A program made the position numbers and the translations under genes. A DNA stretch of 64,000 nucleotides from Balanoglossus misakiensis. Its lineage: Eukaryota; Animalia; Hemichordata. Under the pieces are notes generated by a model, which saw only the letters and a program-made list of their open reading frames with translations, had not been told where the DNA came from and searched no databases. Positions 24,116-37,701 of this stretch are shown here, one piece after another (within the stretch, counting starts at the first letter, position 1; every line of letters starts with the position of its first letter). The stretch is from positions 6,473,849 through 6,537,848 of the forward strand of contig CM082597.2 of NCBI GenBank assembly GCA_040954595.2. Direction: 5' to 3'.

Positions 24116-25982
24116 AGACTTAGTGGCACTGAATAAAACTGAAGATTGATGTCCAGAACTGACAGATACGAGTGAATGTTCAGATGTTTCTTTGTTGATC
24201 TGTTGTGACATAAAATTGTTGTGTTAAAGCCCCAGTAATGCTTACGTTTGGCTGTTTTTTTTCTGTATTTTTCTCTCATGCATCAAATCCAGTTTCTTGT
24301 TCTTCTCTGGAGAGCTTTATGAAATGTTCATTTTTTAGCTTCTCAACAAAGCCTGTATATGAGTAACAGCCACTGTTATTGTCGACAAATGAATTGATGT
24401 CCTGACTTTAATTTATATTTCAACAATAACAATGCTGATTACTATAAAATAGCTGTGTTGAAAAACGAAAAAAACTGAGAAATTATTTATGTCTCACAGA
24501 GAAGAACAAGAAACCACAGTTCTAACTGAAAACAATAATATTGATCAGATAGCCCAAAGTTGGAAGTTACTGGGGTTTTAATTGTTTTGTGATACCTGTC
24601 CTGATTTCGGTCTGACCCCAACTGGGTGTAGTCAGATTTGTGTCGGTGAAAAGTCACTGTAGATTTTTTGACTGACAAAAATTGTACAGTAACAAGGAGG
24701 TCATGACATACTCAATAAACAACATGTTATCAGTGTCACCTTGGCAACAGTGGAATTGTTAGTCAGTTAACTGTTAATGTAGAAACTGGACAACAGATAT
24801 ACTTTGCTTTAATTATGAACCATGTAAAATGTTCACAATTTGTTATAGGCAAAATGCAAAATTCATGATAACTTCATAGAAAGTACTGATATTTTTGTCA
24901 GTAAATTCTTTTTTTGCTGCCACTGTTGACTGTGACATAGTCCCTTCATGAAATACAAATTTTTTCAAAGATACTTTTAAACTTAAAAAAACACACCACA
25001 AAATATTTAAATTGTGTAATCTTGGTTATACTCAGAACCCAAAATTCAAAGTCTCTATATGCAGTTCAATAAAAAATATCAGCTGATGTGAATACTGTAT
25101 GATTTGCATGTCCCCCTTTGGAAAGATTTGTCGTCTCAGAAAAAAAACTATAAGTTTGCCATCATCTTTCCAATCGGGCTGACATGAGAATCCAAGAGAT
25201 TTTTCTTTTGGGAGAAATCTGTCTATTCCAACAGAAATGTCAACTCTAGTTGTGAGAGTGTTGTATGCACATGGTCTCTGCAGAAGAATAGGAACCTCAG
25301 GCAACTAGTTTGCCGTCATAAGTCATTCTACAGTTGGTTTCATGTGCGTGACTTCAGATGCAATCTGAAGTTGAGCGATACATTAGTCATCGTCTCAAGT
25401 TTTTTTTGTGACAGCAAGTGTCTGCTTGTTTTGTTGTTGTTTATATCAACTGCAGTTTGTTGTTGAAACCCCTACAGCATATGATGAAATGTTCAGCCTG
25501 TATGTGTACAGATAGTATTATTATTGCTGAAAATTGAATTGAATTCAATTCCTTGATCAACAATAATAATGATGCACATGTCTAGGTTATTTCAAGAAAC
25601 TGAACAGTGGCCATTTTAGAATGGTATTATAGTGTGGAATAAGAACTATAGTTCATATTTACAGACAGAAATACTGAAAAAACAAAAAGTGGGCCTTAAT
25701 CTACAAACCAATGTGGCATATATGCATCCAGGTTCTGCCATCACCTTCACATGTAAGCCTTATTTCAGTGAAATACAGTAAAATCTGTCTAAACCAAACT
25801 CAGTCTGATCGAGAAACCTGTCTATACCGAACACTCTTTCCAGTGCCCTTCACATAAAACCACATGTTGAAAGACCCTCTGTAAACCAGACACCTCTGCA
25901 AAGCGAACAATATTCTCACTCCCATTGGTGTCTGGTTTATAGACAGGTTTCACTACAGTTGATACATTGAGATGTGACACTT

Positions 25983-27944
25983 TCACTGTGCAAAGACTTT
26001 GAGGCAGTGATTGCCCCAGTCAGCAACCACTACTTCCATGTCATCTGTCACAGCTACACCAGTTGGGCGATCTAACCCATCCTCAGCTTTATCAATGCGA
26101 CAGATGAATTTACCTCTGTTGTCAAATTTCTGCACATTCTTGTTTTTCTGATCACTGACATACAGATATCCTGCTTTATCAGCCACTATTCCTGTTGGCC
26201 AATAAAGCTTACCATCACCTTCACCAAATTCTCCAAATGCAAACATGAACTCACCATCTGCATTAAATGCTTGAATGCGTTTGTTGTTCATGTCTGATAC
26301 AAACAATACTCCACAACTGTCAACAGTCAAGAACTCAGGCCCTCTAAGCTGTCCCAGTCCCCTGCCCAAACTCCCAAATGATTTGATGTACTGACAATCG
26401 TGTGTGTATTTCCTGATGCAGTGACCCTCTTTGTCTGTGAGAGAATCATCACCCTTTCCATCCCAATCACTCACATACACACTTCCATCTACAGGACTAA
26501 TAGCAAGGCGGTAGGGATTCTTGACTTCTTTCCCAAAGCATTTGATCAGAGACCCATTCTCATCACTCACAACTATTTGTTTGTTATCCCAGTCTGTCAT
26601 GAAGTATTCATCATCAGCTGATATTGAAACATCGCGTGGTGTGAAAGGCTGTGCAAACTGAGTGAATGTGAAACTTGATTTGTAATTCCCATCCCTGTCA
26701 GTGATTTGTACTCTGTTGTTACCACGATCAGCAGTGACAAAGTTTCTGTGTCTGTTGATACTGACACCTAGAGGGCGATTGAACTGCCCACCTTCGTTAC
26801 CTCGACACCCAATGGTCTTCACCAAGCCTTTCTTTGTCTCTACTGACACTGAATCTTCACGAAGCAATCCCAGCATTCCTCCATCTTTGGTCTCCTCAGC
26901 TGGCTGGAATTTCACCACGTTCACTCTGGCATCAATTTCTGTCTCCATGGAAATAATGTCCTCCATGTGATGTATTGTCTCCTGCTTGGTGGCCAGGATC
27001 TGGGCTGGTGTCCCATGATGCATCAGTGTCTCTATGTAGCAGCGTTGGCTTGCAATGTTGCCATGTTTCAGTTCCCACTGATCTATTAGAGCCTCCGTCT
27101 GCTTTACTCTCTGTCCATATTTTGTCTGCAGCTCTTCAATCAACTGTTTCTCCTCCCTCTGTGCCTTCTGTATGACCTTTGCTGTTTTCTGTCTCACTTT
27201 CTGTTCTTCCTCCTGGCATTCGACCAACAGTGTCTCTCTCTTCAGTTTGGCCAGTGTTGTGCTTGTCTTTGCTCCCCATTCTTTTTCTGTCACCTGACAC
27301 AGCAGATCTCTCAACTGTTTGGTGTAGTCATTTGCAGCATCTTGGAGATCTGTGTTGGTGTGTTTGTTGTGTTTGGTAACAGCACAAGCCGTGCATGCAG
27401 AAACCATACAGGTCTCACAGTAGAATTTCACAACATTTTCTGGATGGACACTGCAGAAGACTTTTTGTTGCTTCAGGAGAGTTGACGATTCTGTATTTTT
27501 GTATTCATCCAGTGTCATGACCTTATGACCTTTCATAAATTTTCTGTGCGGTTTAGTGCAGGAATCACACATATTCACACTGCAGTCGATGCAATAGTGA
27601 GTTCCTTCGTTTTCCTCACAGCCGTTACACACAGAAGGCTTTGAGTCACTCTCTGTAGGACGCTTTTTCAGATAAAGATCTGTCAACGAGTTGATGAAAA
27701 AGTTGACTTTCAGTTCAGTCACACCCCCACCAGGAAGCTGACATGGCGTACTGCATGTTGGGCAGTTCAGCTTACCTTTCTTTGTCACCAGTGTTGTCAG
27801 ACACGACTCACAGAATGAATGGTCACATGGCAAGACTTTGGGTTTCTTGAACAGTTCCAGACAGATCGCACAGGAGAGGAAATCCTCACCAAGCTCGTTC
27901 AGAACTTTGTCTAACTCGGAACCTCCAGGATATGCTGCAGCCAT
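25983..27944 (-). CDS. TRIM-NHL copy 3, 653 aa
   Basis: Intact ORF, RING-B1-B2-CC-6xNHL. ATG at 27944. Confidence 0.96.
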   Translation of the reverse strand: MAAAYPGGSELDKVLNELGEDFLSCAICLELFKKPKVLPCDHSFCESCLTTLVTKKGKLNCPTCSTPCQLPGGGVTELKVNFFINSLTDLYLKKRPTESDSKPSVCNGCEENEGTHYCIDCSVNMCDSCTKPHRKFMKGHKVMTLDEYKNTESSTLLKQQKVFCSVHPENVVKFYCETCMVSACTACAVTKHNKHTNTDLQDAANDYTKQLRDLLCQVTEKEWGAKTSTTLAKLKRETLLVECQEEEQKVRQKTAKVIQKAQREEKQLIEELQTKYGQRVKQTEALIDQWELKHGNIASQRCYIETLMHHGTPAQILATKQETIHHMEDIISMETEIDARVNVVKFQPAEETKDGGMLGLLREDSVSVETKKGLVKTIGCRGNEGGQFNRPLGVSINRHRNFVTADRGNNRVQITDRDGNYKSSFTFTQFAQPFTPRDVSISADDEYFMTDWDNKQIVVSDENGSLIKCFGKEVKNPYRLAISPVDGSVYVSDWDGKGDDSLTDKEGHCIRKYTHDCQYIKSFGSLGRGLGQLRGPEFLTVDSCGVLFVSDMNNKRIQAFNADGEFMFAFGEFGEGDGKLYWPTGIVADKAGYLYVSDQKNKNVQKFDNRGKFICRIDKAEDGLDRPTGVAVTDDMEVVVADWGNHCLKVFAQ

Positions 27945-28305
27945 CTTTGCAGCTCGAGTCAAAATGCTTGTAATCACATAGCAACACACTGTTCAGTATA
28001 GTGTCATTAATTTTGACTGAGTTATGGGGTTTATAAAAACTTGGCAAGCCACCAAAGTCACATGATAAATTGAATTCAGTGATTCAGCAAATACCAGGGT
28101 CTACTTAGTACCGGCTGAGTACCTGAGAATTGAGGTCAAAAGGTCAAACTGGAACACAATGAATCACTGAGAAGAAAATAATTTTAAAATTTGACTGGGT
28201 ACAGTTGACAAATACCGATATATTGAACTGAAAGTGGATCACATCATCACATTATACCAATGAACCGTCCCAGATTTCTTGGTACTCATTAGACATTGTG
28301 AGCTG

Positions 28306-28773
28306 TTTGTCTCTTCTTGTTTTTTCACAAATCTTTGCAAATATTCATTGCAAATTATTTGTCTCTTCTTGTATTTTCACAAATCTTTGCAAACATTCAT
28401 TGCATATTATTTGTCTCTTCTTGTATTTTCACAAATCTTTGCAAACATTCACTGCAAATTATTTGTCTCTTCTTGTATTTTCACAAGTCTTTGCAAACAT
28501 TCATTGCAAATTATTTGTCTCTCCTTGTATTTTCACAAGTCTTTGCAAACATTCATTGCAAATTATTTGTCTCTCCTTGTATTTTCACAAATCTTTGCAA
28601 ACATTCATTGCATATTATTTGTCTCTTCTTGTATTTTCACAAGTCTTTGCAAACATTCATTGCAAATTATTTGTCTCTCCTTGTATTTTCACAAGTCTTT
28701 GCAAACATTCATTGCAAATTATTTGTCTCTCCTTGTATTTTCACAAATCTTTGCAAACATTCATTGCAAATTA
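28306..28773. repeat. 52-bp minisatellite, 9 copies
   Basis: 468 bp = 9 x 52, with private variants (ctcc, caagt, gcatatt). Confidence 0.95.
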
Positions 28774-29487
28774 TAGACATACACATTATGTCTGCATGAA
28801 AGTTCCATCTCTGGCAACCAATTTCCCAATACAGAATTTGTGTGAGGAACCATATTTCATCCTGACAGATGGTATTATACCAATAGTGAAATTAGAATTT
28901 TTTTTCTTGAATACAACTTGGTGGCAACTGACAGTGTTACTATAGCAACACTACAAAAACATCAGATCATATTATTATATTTTTTGCTGCTTGTATATGA
29001 AATTAAGTTTCATTTCATTTGGCTTCAATTGCTAGATAAACAGTTTTTGATTTAACTGTCAGTCAGCAATTTCTATTCACTTATTATCTCGCCTAGTACA
29101 GCTTTTTAAAAACTGGCTGGGGTGTTGAATCCACCCACAAGTTGAGGTCAAAAGTTCTGGAAGTAACACAATGGCCAATTCTTGACACAAAGATAACAGT
29201 TGCAAACTTTGACAGAGAATGAAAGAGTTGTCCTATATCGTAGGTTACTGTGTGAGTCAGTGGCTGATTGTATGATACAGTCTGCACGATAACCCCTCGA
29301 TTAGGGCGTGTCTCGTACCAGTGATTTGATTGGCTGTTATCGAGTTATTGGCATGTTCGTCATCGTCTGACAAACCATTTTCTACATGAGTAGGGGCAAA
29401 CTTTCACGTTTCAAAATCCATTACTTTTTTTACATTGCGTGAACAGTTTCTATCATAAATTGATATTTTTTTGTGAACTTTATGCGC

Positions 29488-30213
29488 AAACTAATTATTT
29501 TCGCAATGATTTGCGTATGCTGACAACCTCTGTACGCAATTATCAACCCATGCGCTTAATTTTGCCTACCCTCCACACAAATGGTTTACACTTCTGCCAA
29601 ATTCATGTCAACACGAAGTGTCCGGCACAGAGTGTGAATGAAAACAGATAGGACGAATTTCAAGGACTGTAAACTAATTTTTTCGCAATGATTTGCGAAT
29701 GCTGACAACCTCTGTACGCAATTATCAACCCATGCGCTTAATTTTGCCTACCCTCCACACAAATGGTTTACACTTCTGCCAAATTCATGTCAACACGAAG
29801 TGTCCGGCACAGAGTGTGAATGAAAACAGATAGGACGAATTTCAAGGACTGTAAACTAATTTTTTCGCAATGATTTGCGAATGCTGACAACCTCTGTACG
29901 CATATCAACCCATGTGCTTAATTTTGCCTACCCTCCACACAAATGGTTTACACTTCTGCCAAATTCATGTCAACACGAAGTGTCCGGCACAGATTGTGAA
30001 TGAAAACAGATAGGACGAATTTCAAGGACTGTAAACTAATTATTTTCGCAATGATTTGCGAATGCTGACAACCTCTGTACGCATGTCAACCCTTGCGCTT
30101 AATTTTGCCTACCCTCCACACAAATGGTTTACACTTCTGCCAAATTCATGTCAACACGAAGTGTCCGACACAGAGTGTGAATGAAAACAGATAGGGCGAA
30201 TTTCTAGGACTGT
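29488..30213. repeat. 181-bp tandem repeat, 4 copies
   Basis: Starts at 29488, 29671, 29853 and 30033. Confidence 0.92.
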
Positions 30214-31544
30214 TGGCCTCTCACTGACCCACTTTCTGAAAACTTTTTATTTTTATTTTTTGTTTTTCTATTTGGCGTGGTCTTGCTATGAATTGAAAGA
30301 AATGACTGTGAACCAGATTTGAATAGGTTCCTCAAATAACCACCATATGCATACATACTGAATTGTTAGAACATGTAATTTTTATCTTCAATGGTTTACA
30401 TGGAACACCATAGATAATAACACCAAGAGAATAATCTATCTAAACTAATTAACATTCCAATGAAGAAAAACGAATGGAGAGAAAAAAAACGCTAGCCTAG
30501 ACAAAAATGCCTAATTTGTAACCGTGCGCACTTGTCGATCGATCGTATAAAACAGCAGCTGTGAACCCTGTTGTGACTGGTTCTGGAGGCTCAGATAAAA
30601 AACATGGCCCTAACACGCAGAGTTACGACTGGTCTGTGATTAAAAAACATGCATTGCCATACGTTTACCTCTAAATTCAACCCGGCCTAAAGTACAATTA
30701 GCTAAGAACACTGAGGAGATACTTCCGTATTAGTCTGCCTCACATGAATGAGCAAATGATCTGCCGTAGACAGATGCTCATTATGCATGACCTGCCAGCC
30801 TTTCAACCAATAGACGCAGCTCTGTGGTATCACATGACATTATTAATGAGTTGATCTGCACACGTGAGAATTTCCCGCCATGTCACCAGACTTGACATTT
30901 ACGCCCATTTTTTTTACCATATTGGAGCATATCTGACAGCGCAAAACTTTAAGGGGAGTGACAAATGACATGCTGCGTTCAATAAAATAAAACTGGATTG
31001 GACAATGCGGCGCTAAATGCTCACATGACCGAAATCCGGCGTGTGTCAATCAATGGTTTTCTATGCATGTCTTTAAACTCGCGCGTTCCAAAACAAAATC
31101 TGGGTAGGCGGCAAACCGAGAGAGTTGCATTTTGAAGCTGAAAGATCCCTGGAGTCAACCATGTCTGGGTGTAGGGGTTTGCACTCTCCTAATGGCTCAT
31201 ACGTTCGAATAAAATGGACTCGAAAATAATAGCATTTTCTATCGTTTTCCTCATATTTATATTATACTACAGACACATCTTACCATTTGACTGCACAATT
31301 GACTATTTTGGAATGAAAGGTAATATCAGAAGGGCGTATTTTTCATACAAGATTGCCGATATGATTTTTAGACCAAAAAGCACAACATATCAAAGAGAGG
31401 CCTGTCAATCCCCCGGAAAATGCACTCTCTATTTGGTCATGCGGTGAGGACTCCTATGGAACGGGCAGCATCGTAGGACCCGCTTACCGGGACAGTCCAT
31501 GATCTCCCAAACATGATAGTTGCAGCTTTTTTTGCACAGAGTTG

Positions 31545-31587
31545 ACGCCAAGACCAAGATTTTGCCCTTAAATCTTGGTCTTGGCGT
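31545..31587. other. Perfect 18-bp stem hairpin at a rearrangement junction
   Basis: acgccaagaccaagattt-tgccctt-aaatcttggtcttggcgt. A 17-bp-stem version lies at 43764-43804. Confidence 0.9.
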
Positions 31588-31596
31588 AATAGTAAT

Positions 31597-32048
31597 AATT
31601 TCCCGATACAGAATTTGTGTGAGGAACCATATTTCATCATGATGGATGGTATTATACCAATAGTGAAATGTGATTTTTTTTCTTAAAGACAACTTGGTGG
31701 CAACTGACAGTGTTACTATAGCAACACTACAAAAACATCAGATCATATTATTATATTTTTTACTGCTTGTATATGAAATTAAGTTTCATTTCATTTGGCT
31801 TCATTTCCTAGATAAACAGTTTTTGATTTAACTGTCAGTCAGCAATTTCTATTCACTTCTTATCTCGCCTAGTACAGCTTTTTAAAAACTGGCTGGGGTG
31901 TTGAATCCACCCACAAGTTGAGGTCAAAAGTTCTGGAAGTAACACAATGGACAATTCTTTACACAAAGATAACAGTTGCAAACTTTGACAGAGAATGAAA
32001 GAGTTGGCCTATATTGCAGGTTACTGTGTGAGTCAGTGGCTGATTGTA
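31597..32048. repeat. About 450-bp direct duplicate of 28820-29275
   Basis: aatttcccgatacagaatttgtgtgagg...gagtcagtggctgattgta is repeated. A similar duplicate lies at 43805-44235. Confidence 0.88.
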
Positions 32049-32182
32049 AGATAACAAGTCTGTCTACACTTTATGTGGAATAAATCTGGTATGCCAGCAA
32101 ATTTGTTTTGGCCACAGTTAGAACAATTACATTGTATTAGGACCCATGCACAGGTGCCTGATGATGTCGATCTGCTGTAGTA

Positions 32183-32354
32183 CAGTCGAACCTGTCTATA
32201 GTGGCCAGTTAAGGGACTCTCCTGAACTGGCCTTTATAGACAGATAATGGCCTCTATATACAGGTCAATTAATGCATATGTAAATTGCACAGGGACTGTA
32301 ACAAAGTGGCCACTATATAGAGGTGCTGTGTTTTGAAGAGGTGAAGTTTGACCG
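32183..32354. mobile_element. Tc1/mariner-pogo-type MITE, same family as 2084-2246
   Basis: ta|CAGTCGAACCTGTCTATAGTGGCCAG... with a degenerate right end (ttgaccg). Confidence 0.7.
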
Positions 32355-33413
32355 TGGAGGGGGATTTTGCATGTAGTACAGGTTTAGTGTTACAGCCAGA
32401 CCGTGTTTGTTTTGTCATTTGACGCACACGTGGATGACATGATTCACATTTTCCTGACTGATGTATCAATGTTGAGCTCTGTCATCATCTCAATTCCGTT
32501 TTCCAATTGACAGAAGTAACCCTATGCACAGTCCCTCCTGGTGGCCTATGAATGTGTACACACCCACCTTGTCATGTATAAGGTACATTTAGAACAGACC
32601 CAAATGTTATATGTAGCTATAATTTGAAGTTTAGTGGTACAGTGAATGTTAGTTGGAAGTTTATTTTCAGAACTGATTCAACCATGATTGGCGTCACAGT
32701 TGAGGCCGACCCTGATACGTGCTGTAGTGTACGTACGGCTACTGTCAGGAATGACCATGCACATTGTTTTGAGTTCGCTCTGATGCTGTGTCCCGGCCCC
32801 TTGAATGATGCAAGTCAAATAAATATTGCATCCTGAATGCTTAATTGTGTGTCAAATATGCAGGAATTCTAAATAGTGTACCAATATAAATATTTATTTT
32901 TAAAATTTTTAATCATGTCCCTAAAATTTCAGGATTTTTTTTTATTTAAAGATCTGCCATGTTCACAAAAGATCAATCCAAAAATCTCCACGAGCAGAGA
33001 AGGAGGGAACCCCAAATTTCAAAACACACACACCTCTGCTCGCTCACCTCAAACTTTTAAATTATTTCAATCTCACAGAAAACTTAGAGATAACCCTATC
33101 AACTTTTCCTGCTATAACCAGGCCAGGTGACATCAATTATGTGTCTGCAAGTATACATGTGTGTGAGAAGAGATGTCTGTATGTACAGTGTGTGTATTAA
33201 AGTCTGGCAAAGATAATTGTGTGTGGTTTGAATCTAGTTTGCACACATCATATCTTGTAAACATATTCCCTCAAGAAATGTATCCAGATGGCAGACCACA
33301 ATCAATATATTTTCAACTCTTCTGTGTTAAAGGACAGGATAGTTGGACTTTCAACTCTGCATTCTACATCTCTGGCATCAAAAGTAGTCCCAGGCCAAAA
33401 GTAATCTTGAATA

Positions 33414-33621
33414 CTGTAAAACACTTTATTTTCGCGAGTGATAAATTTTCGCGAAATACGCGAGAGACAAAATAACATGAAAATTAAAAGTGGCATAATT
33501 TTTTTTTGAAGATAACGATGCAGTGACTGAAATAAGAGAACGTGAAAATTAATACTTGCAAAACAGTGGCCTCTCTCGATATCGCGAAAATTTCAACTCG
33601 CAAAAATAAAGTGTTTTACAG
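33414..33621. mobile_element. MITE with about 26-bp TIRs and TA TSD
   Basis: ta|CTGTAAAACACTTTATTTTCGCGAGT...ACTCGCAAAAATAAAGTGTTTTACAG|ta. Confidence 0.85.
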
Positions 33622-36600
33622 TATGTTAATTCGAGAAATACTGACATGTCATTTAAAACACTAGACTCTCTCACAGCCCATGGTTTGTGCCAAGGCTCTT
33701 CACTGACATGCCCTCAACTGTTTAGCAAAGGAAAAATTTTGCTTGGCGTTTTAAGACACATTAAATAAAAGGATAATTTTGTGTTGGTGTTGAGAGGGGA
33801 TTATCTACCTTGTGTGTACATTATTTGTCTAATTATAAGATAAAAATGAAAGGGGGGGGGGTTAGTTTTAAATATTTCTTCTCTTAAATAACTTCCCAAT
33901 GTCTTAAAAATTTCATTCGAGGGTGAGGAGAGGTGGTTTCTTTCATATAAACCATGAACTGTGCATTGTACATCATTAGCACCAAATCAACAGTAGTCCC
34001 AAGCCAAAAGTATTTGGCATGTATTAACAACTAATACCTGATAGGAAGCCAAGTTTAGGGAGGGGCTTATCTACCTTGTGTGTACATTATGCCACAACAA
34101 ATTATATTGGAATCAAAGCAAAATTTGAATATATGCTTTTAGGACATTTGCCTTGTAGTAATATATACCACACAAGATTTCATCTCAAGAATAGAATAAA
34201 AAAACCTGTACAGTACATAGTTCTTTGCAAATAAGAGGACCCCCCCTAATGAGTTTGTTTACACAGCCAATTTCTGCATGTGTACATAACTGTCAAGAGA
34301 CCAGCTTGGTGTATGTACAGTACACATGCCATTGACAGCTTCTGGGTCAGTCAGTGTTTGCCTGTCGATCTGTATCTATGTATGTTTTCTCAAGGCATTG
34401 CAGGAGAATTATTTCCTCTGCACCAATCCTGCTAACATTTCACCCCCTCCCCCCCCCCCACAAATGCTCCACCTCCAGAAATCAAATGGTTCTCCCCTTA
34501 TATCTGCAGCCCCCGCGAGTGAATTTCAATTTGAGTCCTTCGGACTGAAGATTCAATTGACTCAAGTAATTGCAAAATACAATCACAGTCACTCCACAAA
34601 GATGTATAGTGTTAATTCTTTAGAACTCCAACTTTCAAGTATTAACTAGGGTTTCTTAATATAAAAATATAAACATATGAAACGTAATAGAATTATGAAA
34701 ACCTGTTTATTCACCACATCAATTTTGCACAACAAATGTATCAGCTGTTAGTCCACACAAACTAAACATGATTACAATGTATTCTTGGTTATTTAAAAAA
34801 ATACTGAATGATTTCACCAAAAATTGTGGTCCACTAACAAATTTATGTCAAGGCCACTGTTGACCTGATAATAAACCCCTCATCAAGAAATCTACAGGAA
34901 TTTAAATTGGTTACAAAAAAATTTTGCTAGCTGTTTGGTCGTAAATTAAAGTTAAGTGGTCCAATGTTCATGTGATAAGTACTGAAGTCGACAGAAACAC
35001 AGTGTCTTGGTGATTACACTAACATACAATAGGTCTCAAAACAGTCAACCAAACAACTCAGTAATGTTCATTGTCCAGATTTGTGAGTTATTAGTGTCCA
35101 TCGATCGTCAACCAAATAATCAATAATTTGCATGTTTGTAGTCCAGATTATTTATGAGTTACATGTATAAGTGTATATCGTCAAAAAACAAAGTCAAGAA
35201 AAATAAAGTGAGTAAAACACGTTGCAAATAATGAATTCTATGATTTCCTGTTAAATGACAAAAAGTTGTTGGAACAGGAAAATCTGATTAAAGTTCATGA
35301 AAGTAGAAAACCACTGATAACAGTCAACACATTACATGTAATCTCAAAAACTAAAGTTGAAAACTAAAATGGATTTAAAAACAGTACATACACACATTAA
35401 GATCTGAAGAGGCTAAGTTGTTTTAACCCTTTCTCCACCATGGTTTGGTCTAACTCCATTGTTCTCCAATGGCAGAGTTGGACCTTTACACATTGAAATG
35501 GGGGTGAAAGGGTTAAGGAAGTACTCTGAATTGTAGTAAAGAAAAACTGAAAACATATTTTGAAATTATTTATCAACAGACATATTTATAACACTCAGCT
35601 ATGAATTCATCATTCATCTAAGTTTGATAACATTGTTCCACAAAAAATAAAATGGTGGAAAAGTTCAATAAATGTAGTGATCTAAAAAACCACTGGTCCT
35701 GTTATAGAGCTGAATTCTACATGTGTCTTTAAAAACATTAGAAATAAAGAAAAAAAGTTGTCTGTTTACATGAAAATATCCAAGACTTAATAGTGGCACT
35801 GAATAAAACTGAAGATTGATGTCCAGAACTGACAGATACGAGTGAATGTTCAGATGTTTCTTTGTTGATCTGTTGTGACATCAAATTGTTGTGTTAAATC
35901 CCCAGTAATGATTACATTTGGCTTTTTTCTGTATTTTTCTCTCATGCATCAACTCCAGTTTCTTGTTTTACTCTGGAGAGCTTTATGAAAAGTTAATTTT
36001 TTAGCTTCTCAACAAATCCTGTATATGAGTAACAGCCACTGTTATTGTTGACAAATGAATTCATGTCCCGACTTTAATTCATATTTCAACAATAACAATG
36101 GTGATTACTACAAAATAGCTGTGTTGAAAAACCAAGAACGGAGAAATTATTTATGTCTCACAGAGAAGAACAAAAAACCACAGTTCTACTGAAAACTTAA
36201 ATATTGAAGATAACCCAAAGTTGGAAGTTACTGGGGTTTTAATTGTTTTGTGATACCTGCCCTGATTTCGGTCTGACCCCAACTGGGTGTAGTCAGATTT
36301 GTGTCGGTGAAAAGTCACTGTAGATTTTTTGACTGACAAAAATTGTACAGTAACAAGGAGGTCATGACATACTCAATAAACAACATGTTATCAGTGTCAC
36401 CTTGGCAACAGTGGAATTGTTAGTCAGTTAACTGTTAATGTAGCAATTGGACAACAAATATACTTTGCCTTAATTATGAACCATGTAAAATGTTCACAAT
36501 TTGTTACAGAAAAAATGCAAAATTCATGATAACTTCATAAAAAGTACCAATATTATTGTCAGTAAATTCCTTTTCTGCTGCCACTGTTGACTGCGACAAA

Positions 36601-37701
36601 GTCCCTTCATGAAAAACAAATCTTTTCAAAGATACTTGTAAACTCAAAAAAAACCCCACACCACAAAAAAAATTAAAAATTGCATAAACTTGGTTATACT
36701 CAGAACCCAAAATTCAAAGTCTCTTAAAATGCAGTTCACTAAAAAATATCAGCTGATGTGAATACTGAATGATTTGCATGTCCCCCATTGGAAAGATTTG
36801 TTATCTCAGAAAAAAAACTACAAGTTTGCTGCCATCTTTCCAATCGGGCTGACATGGACACAAGTGGGTAAAACATTTCCTCCTTCAAATCAGGGGGTTC
36901 TCTCATAAGAATCAAAGAGATGTCTCTTTTGGGAGAAATCTGTCTATCCCAACAGAAATGTCAACTATAGTTGTGAGAGTGTTGTATGCACATGGTCTCT
37001 GCAGAAGAATAGGAACCTCAGGCAACCAGTTTGCCGTCATAAGTCATTCTACAGTTGGTTTCATGTGTGTGACTTCAGATGCAATCTGAAGTTGAGCGAT
37101 ACATTAGTCATCATCTCAAGTTTTTTTTGACACCAAGTGTCTGCTTGTTTTGTTGTTGTTTGTATCAACTGCAGTTTGTTGTTGAAACCCCTACAGCATA
37201 TGATGAAATGTTCAGCCTATATGTGTACAGATAGCATTATTATTGCTGAAAATGGAATTGAATTCAATTCCTTGATCAACAATAATAATAATTCACATGT
37301 CTAGGTTCTTTCAACAAACTGAACAGTGGCCATTTTAGAATGGTATTATAGTGTGGAATAAGAACTATAGTTCATATTTACAGACAGAAATACTGAAAAA
37401 ACAAATAGTGGGCCTTAATCTACAAACCAATGTGGCATATATGCATCCAGGTTCTGCCATCACCTTCACATGTAAGCCTTATTTCAGTGCAATACAGTAA
37501 AATCTGTCTAAACCAAACTCAGTGTGATCGAGAAACCTGTCTATACCGAACACTCTTTCCAGTGCCCTTCACATAAAACCACATGTTGAAAGACCCTCTG
37601 TAAACCAGACACCTCTGCAAAGCGAACAATATTCTCACTCCCATTGGTGTCTGGTTCATAGACAGGTTTCACTACAGTTGATACATTGAGATGTGACACT
37701 T

